Virus record (IMG/VR): IMGVR_UViG_3300044723_009327
Location: 1-37,586 of that record
DNA from: a virus
Lineage: Duplodnaviria; Caudoviricetes
Strand: one strand, 5' to 3'
DNA length: 37,586 nt
Shown here: positions 27,993-35,784 of the stretch, piece by piece
Position numbering within the stretch: position 1 is the first letter of the stretch
Layout of the letters: every line of letters starts with the position of its first letter
Position numbers and translations under genes: made by a program
The notes under the pieces: model-generated
Database searches by the model: none
The model's input: the letters and a program-made list of their open reading frames with translations, nothing else
What the model was told of the DNA's origin: nothing

Positions 27993-28745
27993 TCAACGGT
28001 ACTCAACGAAACAGCGACAGTTCGCGTAACATTGACAACCTTTGCCGGGCATAGGGGATTCACCGAAAGGGACCCACCCTTCGGCATCGTATCGACGACA
28101 ATCTTTACAAGTTCTCTTGTCATTTTTAGCGACCCTTCTCATTTCTTTGTATCCTTGGTCCCGGGCAACCATATATTCGCCTAGGCTAAAGAAAGAGAAA
28201 GTGGGGCGAGAGAGGTAGTTAACTACTCGTGTCAGCAAAGAAGGCCAAGACTGCCCACGGGCTCTACCTTGAGACGCTTCGATTTCCCCTTGCTCTTCCG
28301 GATCTATGTCCAAGAGCGGGTTGTCCGCTAAAGCTAAAGCGTTTGCAAGGTCGTAGTCAGCGAAGTCTACAGTCTGGTCTCCTAAGAGAAGCACTCCGTT
28401 GTCGATATATTCTTTGGTCTCTGCCAAAAACTTTGTAAGAGGTGGAAGCATGTCGCCAACAATGACAGGCCATGCTTTTTCCATCTTCTCGGTAGGTTTG
28501 TCATTTTTCGCCCCAAGAATCACAGCGGCCAGAGCCGAGGTGAGGGTATTATCGAGCATCGAGCGCTCGTATTCCTCCCACCTTATCAGTTTATCTCGGA
28601 GTCCTTTTACCAAGCCCAGTGACACTGTCTCCATCTGTTTCTCCAGACGAGACTGCGATTTGTATTTTCTCGCTAGAGTTTTGGCCTGTTCGAAGTAATC
28701 TCCCCTACGCTTGGTAGCCATGCTAACGAGAGAGAGAAGATCCAC
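27993..28745 (-). CDS. MuF-like minor head protein
   Basis: C-terminal RRVAKNDKRTCKDC...GW...PG..CQCYANCRC resembles the MuF Cys motifs; located in the head module. Confidence 0.65.
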   Translation of the reverse strand: MDLLSLVSMATKRRGDYFEQAKTLARKYKSQSRLEKQMETVSLGLVKGLRDKLIRWEEYERSMLDNTLTSALAAVILGAKNDKPTEKMEKAWPVIVGDMLPPLTKFLAETKEYIDNGVLLLGDQTVDFADYDLANALALADNPLLDIDPEEQGEIEASQGRARGQSWPSLLTRVVNYLSRPTFSFFSLGEYMVARDQGYKEMRRVAKNDKRTCKDCRRYDAEGWVPFGESPMPGKGCQCYANCRCFVEYR

Positions 28746-28771
28746 AGCTAATATTAGTAGTCCACGAGTGG

Positions 28772-28779
28772 TTTTACCC
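28772..28779 (-). promoter_or_regulatory. GGGTAAAA motif overlapping the endonuclease stop codon
   Basis: About 26 nt upstream of GTG 28745. Confidence 0.65.
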
Positions 28780-29385
28780 TATTCTTCTTCTGGCGTTGGG
28801 GTCCCACTTGTTTGCCTTGTTGTGTTGGGCCACGTTGGCGGCATGGCCTATAAATCCGTCGATTGTAGATTCCCAAACTTGGGAAGAAGTTTTTTTTCCA
28901 CCTTCCGCTGCTTTCCCAGGGGCGTGTAATCCGAGCCCCAACTCTTTTGTCTTCCTTCCCCCCTTGGGCCCACCGATTTTACCACCTTTCTTTCCATCCT
29001 CCGTCATTTTCTCGGCGGACCTTCCGCAAAAACCTGTCTTATTGTCCCTGTGGTTGCCTCCGCTTACTTTCCCACCGATTTTTCCTCCAATCCTTCCCCC
29101 TCTCGCACAAGATTCCGAGGACAACATTCCTCCAACATTCTCATTCAGGCATAACGGGTTGTTGATGTCTGGGGATATAAGTCTTTTTTCAACCTCGCTC
29201 GCTTCGCCCAAGGACTCAAAAAACTCTAAAAGTTGGACTCTGGGCGTGTAGAACTCCCACAACCAGGCGTGAGTTACCGGACTTCCTAAATATTCTTCCC
29301 CATAGTTTTTCTCTTTATGGACTCCCCAGTACCAATGAGGAATCTCCTCAAAAGTTATTTTGTATGTGTAGATTCGGGGAGTCAT
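28774..29385 (-). CDS. Free-standing GIY-YIG-like (Seg-type) homing endonuclease
   Basis: IYTYKIT...WYWGVH...YLGS...E..LI...LN, followed by GGKIGG repeats. Confidence 0.75.
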   Translation of the reverse strand: MTPRIYTYKITFEEIPHWYWGVHKEKNYGEEYLGSPVTHAWLWEFYTPRVQLLEFFESLGEASEVEKRLISPDINNPLCLNENVGGMLSSESCARGGRIGGKIGGKVSGGNHRDNKTGFCGRSAEKMTEDGKKGGKIGGPKGGRKTKELGLGLHAPGKAAEGGKKTSSQVWESTIDGFIGHAANVAQHNKANKWDPNARRRIG

Positions 29386-29388
29386 TAC

Positions 29389-29422
29389 AAAAAATCCTCT
29401 GAAAGATTATACCTCCAGAGGA
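29389..29422 (-). terminator. Rho-independent terminator with TATAAT loop
   Basis: Minus strand TCCTCTGGAGG-TATAAT-CTTTCAGAGGA-TTTTTT, ending 3 nt before ATG 29385. Confidence 0.7.
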
Positions 29423-29449
29423 CATTAATAAACTGTTTTTGAAGAAAAA

Positions 29450-32005
29450 TCAGGAGAACATTGAACGCTTGAGGGCTTCTACGTAATCAACTTTGCCCTC
29501 GGATTGCTCAACCATCTGGAGAGCCTTTGCGTGGGGATCCAGATCCTGCTCAGAGTACTGGAAGGTGCCACCGGCAACTTCACCGAAGGAAACCATCGGA
29601 GGCAACTTGGCAAGCAGACCCAGTAGTCTGGTGGCAGCAGTTTCACCCTCGGAGAACTCCAGAGTACCAAACTCCAGACCTTCGCAGTAGCTAAGGAGCT
29701 CTTCCTGAGGCATTACGCCGTCAGTCAGGCGACCTTCCTCGTAGAGACCTTCCACGAAGTTATGGATCTTGCTCTTACGGTTGGCAATCTCCTTCTCCAT
29801 GTACATGCGCTGAAGCTCAGCATGCTCAGCCTTCAGCTTGTCCAACTCGGCCTTCATTTTCTCAGCCATGTCGAGACCCATAGGACGAGGGTTGTTCATA
29901 GAACCCATTCCGTAGTTCATATCACCACAAGAGTGGTCCACGGTGTCCTCTTCGCCTTCGGCGTGGTCGGCAACTGCTTTGGAAACCTTAACCTTGCCGC
30001 CTTCTTCGTCGTCCATCTCTTCGTAGGTGGAACCGTATCCCGTCGGGGTGTAAGGATCTTCGCCCTCACCGTGCTCTTCGGAATAAGCGCCACTAGGTCC
30101 AACGGTTTCAGCTGGATCGTCAACCGTATCCATAGCACCGGTAGTTAGTTGCTTCTCCTTGGACTTTTTCTCGCCACGGGTTTCAGCATAAGCACCGTCA
30201 GGACCCACGGTTTCGGCGGCCTCGTCGGGATCGTCCATGCCACCGGGGGTGAGCATCTTGTGCTTGGAGGTCTTACCGGCACCTTCGCCGAAATCAGCAT
30301 CCTCTTCCTCAGCAAAGGCGTGAGTGACAGGTCCACCCACTGGGCTCTTGCGGCCATCGCTGGAGGTTTGACGCATGACGCGCATGTTCTTGTCGCTCAT
30401 TACGTTAGTAACGTCGACTGCAAACACCTCGTCATCGGGCATTTCCTCGGTTTCCACAGGGATTTTTGTCTCTGTCTCTTTGCGACCGTAGGGATCAGTA
30501 CCTTCGGAGATTTGGGGGCGACTTGTCTCGGGGTACTCGTCAGTAGCGAGGTCATACTGGTCATCGTTATGAACTTTGTCATAACCATCTTCTTGCTGAC
30601 CTGCCCAACGACCGGTATCGCCTTTTCCGAACTCACCGGACTTGGCGGTTTTCTTGCGATCTTCTTCCTGCTCGGAACTCTTCGCTGTATGTTCGCGATC
30701 TTCGTCTTGCTCGCTGCTCTTGGCAGTCTCAAATCTACCGGTGTCGCCACTTGGTCCTTCTTTAGCGACGGCCATACGTTGAGCGTAACCGTCGGAGTCA
30801 GAGCGGGCGGTTTCGTCACGACCGAAAGGCTCAGCGTGATCCATGGATTTGTCGCCAGCGTACTTACGCTTGCCCATGGATTTTTCCATGCTGTCGGACT
30901 CGTCACGACGGTCTTTCATGGATTGTTTCTTGGTGGACTCTTTGCCGTCCTTGGCGCCAAGGCTCTCATCGAGGCGATCGTCGTAGCCTTGCTTGTACTC
31001 TTTGTGATCGTCGGACAATTTCTTGTCATCCATTTTCATAAGCTCACCGGTTTCATGGGCTTCGCCCTTCTTACCTTCCTTGAGCTGACGCTTACGCTCG
31101 AGACCACGGTCAGCGGCTTCCTTGCGTTCAGCAGTGGACTCTTTGTGTGCTTCCTCGTAGACGTTTTCTACGACTTGCATGACTTGGCCGTGGGCACCCT
31201 TAGCGTGCTTCCGGCTGATTTTTCCTTTTTCCATAAATTCCTCTTCCGGAAATTGAGTTTCGAGGTCAGCCGTTTGCTGAGCAATTTCAGTACTTTTGCG
31301 ACCCACGTTATTTGAATGTTCTGTAAATTGTGCGGCGTCTGGGTTTGCCATTTGAGATGCTTCAGGTTGCTCGGTCACAGAGGACTCCGCAGCATCGCCC
31401 AGTTGTTTGGCGGTTTGATCCTCCTGGCTTGTTTGGAGTTCTTGAACCGCACTCGAGACGTCCTCTCGGACTTCATCAAGCTTTTCCCGAAGCATCTCGA
31501 GAGGACTTTTTTCCACTATTAGTGTGGGTCCAAGTTCCTCATCAAAAATGTCCGAGGGTGAAAGGGTCACGGCAAAGTCGTACACGCCCTCCTCTTCAGC
31601 AAAAGAAAAAGGCTCTAAACCTTTCACTGCCGGAGGCGAAGCCCCCAGCAAAGCGAGGTGACGAGCTGTCCACTTGCCTTTGTGTGGATTGATTGCTGAA
31701 TCAGGGGAATAGAAAGAAATGGAAACCTTGCGGTAATGTCCATCTTTCACCAAATCGCGGGCTGTGTCTGTAAAAGCAACATCCGCGTAAAGGTTAGACC
31801 CTTGCTTAGAGAAACCCTGAATCCATCCATAGGCAGGTGTGCTGTCATTGTCACCTGCGTGACCGATAACAAGCGGAGCCTCGTGAATGGTTGGGTTGTA
31901 TGTGTCAATAACTTGCTGAAGATCTTTTTCAGAGAATTTTCTCTGAACACCTTGAGCTGAAGTTTGATCACCCGCCTTAAAGACGTGAATACGTTTCTGA
32001 AACAC
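29450..32005 (-). CDS. Mu gpI-like prohead protease fused to a very long acidic scaffold
   Basis: APLVIGH...PAYGWI...LYAD...YRKVSISFY...RHLALLGASPPAVKGL; C-terminal helical scaffold ending DYVEALK. Confidence 0.88.
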   Translation of the reverse strand: MFQKRIHVFKAGDQTSAQGVQRKFSEKDLQQVIDTYNPTIHEAPLVIGHAGDNDSTPAYGWIQGFSKQGSNLYADVAFTDTARDLVKDGHYRKVSISFYSPDSAINPHKGKWTARHLALLGASPPAVKGLEPFSFAEEEGVYDFAVTLSPSDIFDEELGPTLIVEKSPLEMLREKLDEVREDVSSAVQELQTSQEDQTAKQLGDAAESSVTEQPEASQMANPDAAQFTEHSNNVGRKSTEIAQQTADLETQFPEEEFMEKGKISRKHAKGAHGQVMQVVENVYEEAHKESTAERKEAADRGLERKRQLKEGKKGEAHETGELMKMDDKKLSDDHKEYKQGYDDRLDESLGAKDGKESTKKQSMKDRRDESDSMEKSMGKRKYAGDKSMDHAEPFGRDETARSDSDGYAQRMAVAKEGPSGDTGRFETAKSSEQDEDREHTAKSSEQEEDRKKTAKSGEFGKGDTGRWAGQQEDGYDKVHNDDQYDLATDEYPETSRPQISEGTDPYGRKETETKIPVETEEMPDDEVFAVDVTNVMSDKNMRVMRQTSSDGRKSPVGGPVTHAFAEEEDADFGEGAGKTSKHKMLTPGGMDDPDEAAETVGPDGAYAETRGEKKSKEKQLTTGAMDTVDDPAETVGPSGAYSEEHGEGEDPYTPTGYGSTYEEMDDEEGGKVKVSKAVADHAEGEEDTVDHSCGDMNYGMGSMNNPRPMGLDMAEKMKAELDKLKAEHAELQRMYMEKEIANRKSKIHNFVEGLYEEGRLTDGVMPQEELLSYCEGLEFGTLEFSEGETAATRLLGLLAKLPPMVSFGEVAGGTFQYSEQDLDPHAKALQMVEQSEGKVDYVEALKRSMFS

Positions 32006-32033
32006 CGTGTTTATAGATGACCCATTGTGTTGG

Positions 32034-32041
32034 TTTTACCC
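32034..32041 (-). promoter_or_regulatory. GGGTAAAA motif overlapping the portal stop codon
   Basis: About 28 nt upstream of GTG 32005. Confidence 0.65.
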
Positions 32042-33628
32042 TTCTTTCCTTGACATTGCTACTGCCTCATCCTCAGTGACTATCTCGTCCCCAAAAGGTT
32101 TCTTTTCTTCTTCTTCGTCTTCTCCGAGTAACTCTTCGAGAGTCATTTGCGGAACGTCGCCGCCTTCCTCAGAAATTTCCTGATCAAGGATACCCATTAG
32201 TTCTTCTTCAGCGGAAGGGTTTGCGTTTGCTGCCGCTTGGGACTCTTCAGGAGTTGCCCCTGCAGGTTCATCCATCACGTTTGATGCTGCTTGTAAATCC
32301 TGCGCTGCTGCCTCCTTTGCTCCCTCCTCATTTCCGAATATAGACCCAAATAAATCTTGATCCTCTTGAGGGTCGAATTTTGTTGGGGCTCCAGGTTCTC
32401 CTTCTTCTTTCTTTTCCTCCAACTCCACACGGAAGTGTCGTTCGATCCACTCTTTCCTGGGTGTAAATCCTGACTGAATGAGAAGTGACAAGTCGGGAAC
32501 TGAAATGGGAGATTCCTCAATCCGGAACTCTCGAGTCAACACTGGAGCAGCAACATCTGTACCGAAGTTAAGATCGACGATCCATCTAACCAGACTTTGA
32601 GTCAGTGTGTGCGAAAGCATTTCTGACATTTCGCTCGCACGAACAACACGGATAATGTTCGCAACTTGAGAAGATGCCCGAGACCCTGCTTCTGCCCTAC
32701 CTGCTTCGTCTTCCCCACAAACCACCAACGAGACTTCTTTGTCAATATAGTCAATAAGGTTCTTGAAAACCTCAGGAGAACCAGAAGGAACTACGAACTC
32801 AAGTTCGTAACCCTCCGGCAGAATCATTGCGGTTTCCTGAGAAAGATTGGACAGGTGACTGTAGAGAGTATCCAGTTCTCGAGTGCTCGCTGAGAGCGGT
32901 GCTTTTGCCACAGCTGTCGGTGTCGCGTAACGGTCACCGAAAAGGACATAAGATTCGATGGCACGTCGTCTAAACTTGACAAGAGGATAAAGAATCCGAC
33001 CGAGAGCAGAACCGTATGGATCGCCGTTGTGTTGAACGTAGTAGCGATTGAGGATGAACTTTCTCTGGGGGAGTTCTACGCCTTCGAACATACGGTTGTA
33101 CGTGAGGCAACGCATTGTAAACCCTGTTTCGGCATCCTCTGACTCCTGGAAAACAAAACGACGTTGATCTCGCATACGGACGTCATAAGGTATGACACCA
33201 CGCTTTGTCTTCTTCCACATTACTTCGCCGACAGAGAAACCAACTATCATGGACTCCGCCATTCCTTTATAGATGTCGTCCAGAGGCATTTCTTCTAGTA
33301 CCTCCGCCACAAAATCTCGGACCGCTAGGTCCCCTGGTTTGTCTGAATATTCTTGAACGTACCAGGGTCGCGAAGTTACTTCCTGCATCAACTTGCTGAA
33401 GCAACCTTGCACTTGCTCGTCTTGAAGCAGTCTCTGGTAGACTACTAGAGCACGGTTTCCGCCTTTAGCAAGCAGAAGTTCGTCATTAGGGCGCAATATT
33501 GTATTTCCCTGACCCGTGAAGGGTGAGGAACTTCCGAACATGTAAATCGCGCTCAGCGAATACGGATCGCTTGTATAGCTGGCAACTTCACCAGTGGGTA
33601 CTGGGGCAGTGCGGAATCTCTGTGCCAT
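32036..33628 (-). CDS. Portal protein (Mu gp29/DUF935-like)
   Basis: GFSVGEVMW, DPYGSALGR.LY, F.DRYATP, ILPEGYELEFV, LIDYID.EVS..V.G, WIVDLNFG; long acidic tail. Confidence 0.9.
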   Translation of the reverse strand: MAQRFRTAPVPTGEVASYTSDPYSLSAIYMFGSSSPFTGQGNTILRPNDELLLAKGGNRALVVYQRLLQDEQVQGCFSKLMQEVTSRPWYVQEYSDKPGDLAVRDFVAEVLEEMPLDDIYKGMAESMIVGFSVGEVMWKKTKRGVIPYDVRMRDQRRFVFQESEDAETGFTMRCLTYNRMFEGVELPQRKFILNRYYVQHNGDPYGSALGRILYPLVKFRRRAIESYVLFGDRYATPTAVAKAPLSASTRELDTLYSHLSNLSQETAMILPEGYELEFVVPSGSPEVFKNLIDYIDKEVSLVVCGEDEAGRAEAGSRASSQVANIIRVVRASEMSEMLSHTLTQSLVRWIVDLNFGTDVAAPVLTREFRIEESPISVPDLSLLIQSGFTPRKEWIERHFRVELEEKKEEGEPGAPTKFDPQEDQDLFGSIFGNEEGAKEAAAQDLQAASNVMDEPAGATPEESQAAANANPSAEEELMGILDQEISEEGGDVPQMTLEELLGEDEEEEKKPFGDEIVTEDEAVAMSRKEG

Positions 33629-34375
33629 TTACTGGTTCCTCTCGTGAGTGCGCATGTGTTGTTTCAGGTTTCCTTGCCCACCTTTTATTTCTTTACCGCA
33701 AACTGGACAAGTCAGAACTATCCGGTTGGCGTGACTTTCAGAGAGCGCTTGTTTGTGAGCGTCAGTCATCGGTTTGCCTTTTTTGGCAGCGGAAATCTTG
33801 GCGCCAACTGAAGCATCTCTTTTTCCGTATTTTTTACCTAAGTTCGCGTTGCTCCGTGACTTTACTTGTTCCTCTGTTAAGGTTAACCCTCTTTCCCAAC
33901 CTTCTCCAGGACACTCGCGACTGTATGTGTTTCTTTTGCCATTTGTCCAAGCGACTCTACCTGTAGCAGCATTAGACTGACGGGTGCGGGTTTCTTGCGA
34001 CACCCCAGTTCTTCGTGTCCAGTGTAAGTCACCTCTTTTTGCTTCAGAAGAGGCAACTCGCGCTTGACTAAACTCCCATGAAGAGGGTAGTCTGCCTGGG
34101 TTGTTTCTAGTCACTCCTGCCATGTTCCAGACAGCGTGAGCAGTCTTCGCCGTCTTCCAGTGTTGCACCCCGTACCGGTTACGGTATGCTTTCCACAGCA
34201 GCAAGTGTGCAATAAAGTGCTCCCTCGCCGTCAGGCACACCACACGGTCATTCTCCCCAAACACTGCCTTGATGAACACATGATGCTCCTCCACATAACA
34301 CGGGGCAGACCTCTTCGACCAGCCCCGTTGCTCTGCTTTGCGCATTAGTTTAATGTAGTGCCCCAGGTAATTCAC
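33629..34375 (-). CDS. Free-standing HNH homing endonuclease with NUMOD3-like repeats and C-terminal zinc finger
   Basis: Likely GTG start 34375 (MNYLGHYIKL); YVEEHH...ND.VVCLTAREHFIAHLLL; KISAAKKGKPMTDAHK; CPVC...HMRTH. Confidence 0.85.
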   Translation of the reverse strand: MNYLGHYIKLMRKAEQRGWSKRSAPCYVEEHHVFIKAVFGENDRVVCLTAREHFIAHLLLWKAYRNRYGVQHWKTAKTAHAVWNMAGVTRNNPGRLPSSWEFSQARVASSEAKRGDLHWTRRTGVSQETRTRQSNAATGRVAWTNGKRNTYSRECPGEGWERGLTLTEEQVKSRSNANLGKKYGKRDASVGAKISAAKKGKPMTDAHKQALSESHANRIVLTCPVCGKEIKGGQGNLKQHMRTHERNQ

Positions 34376-34398
34376 ACAGCAACAGCATTGATAAGCTA

Positions 34399-34406
34399 TT
34401 TTACCC
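34399..34406 (-). promoter_or_regulatory. GGGTAAAA motif
   Basis: Immediately after the gp25-like stop; about 23 nt upstream of GTG 34375. Confidence 0.65.
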
Positions 34407-34784
34407 TCAATTCGCCAGAGTAAAGTTGAGCGGTGGTTGCGGCACCCCGTCAACGGAGTATTGAATAGCCACTCGGTACAACCCATCATCTCCCTGAGAC
34501 TTCCAGTCCCCTGTTACTGTAAGTTCGGTTACTGAGGGGACATTTTGATATATACTGTATTGAATAGCAGAGTTTATTTGAGCGGGGTCTAAAATCTCTA
34601 GAACATAATCTCCAATACCGTAATCCGCCCGCATTACTCGCTCGTAATACCGAGTCTCAATCACGCTGCGAATCTGTTGCGTAACGAGGTTGTAATCGGT
34701 GCCTACAGAAAGGTTACCGTTAACAACCCTTAACGGGTAGGAAATGCCCCGAATAGAGGCGGACAAAAGATTGGGATCGCTCAT
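34407..34784 (-). CDS. Baseplate wedge/sheath initiator (gp25/gpW-like)
   Basis: RGISYPL...QQIRSVIETRYYERVMRADYG. Confidence 0.85.
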   Translation of the reverse strand: MSDPNLLSASIRGISYPLRVVNGNLSVGTDYNLVTQQIRSVIETRYYERVMRADYGIGDYVLEILDPAQINSAIQYSIYQNVPSVTELTVTGDWKSQGDDGLYRVAIQYSVDGVPQPPLNFTLAN

Positions 34785-35062
34785 CGAATGTACCTTCGTG
34801 AAATCTGAAACTCAAGTGCGTTCACTCTTTTTCGTACCTCTTCCTTGCTGAGGTCACTTTCAATGACTTTTCGAATCTCTTTACGAAGCACATCTAGATT
34901 CAATGATTCGTAATAACTTATATCCACAAGACAACCCTCGTTGTTTTCCCCTGAGAGAAGGGAAGTGCAGAGCGCTTCAAGAGAAACGCCCTGTTCTTCC
35001 GCTTTTATCTCAAGTTGAAAAAACAAGGAGTCTGGGATCCGGATGTTTAGTTCCCTGTGCAT
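34781..35062 (-). CDS. Ribbon-helix-helix DNA-binding protein
   Basis: Likely start ATG 35062; LNIRIPDSLFFQLEIKAEEQGVSLEALCTSLL. Confidence 0.75.
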   Translation of the reverse strand: MHRELNIRIPDSLFFQLEIKAEEQGVSLEALCTSLLSGENNEGCLVDISYYESLNLDVLRKEIRKVIESDLSKEEVRKRVNALEFQISRRYIR

Positions 35063-35064
35063 CG

Positions 35065-35742
35065 CTATTTCCATTTTCGTCCAGGTTTCCATTCTGATCC
35101 GGGGGATTCTTCTCGATAAGAGGTTTCCCCATTGGCGTTTACCCACCAGCGAAGTTTTTTACCGAAGTTAGGGTTATTGGGTCCAGACAGGGAGGCGGAC
35201 ATCTTTTCTTTAGTTTCCTTAGACGCTTTGGTGCCCGTCCGTATTTTTCTGATTTTTTCCTTGGTCTCTTGAGTAACCTCTCGGGTTAGTTTCGACTCTC
35301 GAAGAATCTGCCTAGTCGCAGGCGACCTGCCCTTAGACCACCCATCGGGAGGTACACAGAAGCACCTTTCCTCACCCGTTTCAGGGTTGTGGTACCAGGA
35401 GTTCCCGTAGTTGGGATTTTCTTCTCCTTGTTTCCGTTCGGCAAGGGTTTTTCGGGTCTCTTCGGATCTCACTGCCCCTGATGCCCCCTCTCCACCATTT
35501 GTAAGGTTTCTAAGGATTCCGGTTCCAAGATCTTTACGACCCAAGATAAAGATTATGTAGCATTCGTGTCTGAATGCTTCTTCTTCCGACAATCCTTGTT
35601 TCAGGAAGATAATACGGGAGGGGTCCTTGGGTGTAGGAATATGCCTCCCGCTTGACTCATAACAACGATTGCCATGACCCTTACCAATATAGTAAGGGGT
35701 CCGGTCTTCACGAAGATATGCGTAGGTGTAATAGACCCTCAT
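35065..35742 (-). CDS. Free-standing GIY-YIG homing endonuclease with NUMOD3-like repeats
   Basis: YYTYAY...PYYIGKG.GNR...EAF.HE...LRNLTNGGEG; SEETRK, ETKEKMS..LSG.NNPNFGK. Confidence 0.85.
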   Translation of the reverse strand: MRVYYTYAYLREDRTPYYIGKGHGNRCYESSGRHIPTPKDPSRIIFLKQGLSEEEAFRHECYIIFILGRKDLGTGILRNLTNGGEGASGAVRSEETRKTLAERKQGEENPNYGNSWYHNPETGEERCFCVPPDGWSKGRSPATRQILRESKLTREVTQETKEKIRKIRTGTKASKETKEKMSASLSGPNNPNFGKKLRWWVNANGETSYREESPGSEWKPGRKWK

Positions 35743-35784
35743 AATAATGAGTATAGGGTTGTTTCCCTAAAGTAAACTCTACTC

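Noticed and set aside
30149-31315. 388-aa plus-strand ORF
   Set aside because: Antisense shadow of the codon-biased scaffold region; its hydrophobic F/L/V content mirrors Glu/Lys/Asp codons.
34376-34489. N-terminal extension of the HNH ORF given in the track
   Set aside because: It overlaps the gp25-like gene; GTG 34375 after the motif gives a typical MNYL start. The starts at 823, 1103, 25807 and 35146 were shortened on similar grounds.
28774-35742. Group I introns or inteins hosting the endonucleases
   Set aside because: Flanking genes look complete, and the intergenic gaps are too short for intron cores.
35746-35784. Weak hairpin TAGGG-AAACAA-CCCTA between the sheath and GIY-YIG genes
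   Set aside because: Short stem with no U-tract; too weak to call a terminator.
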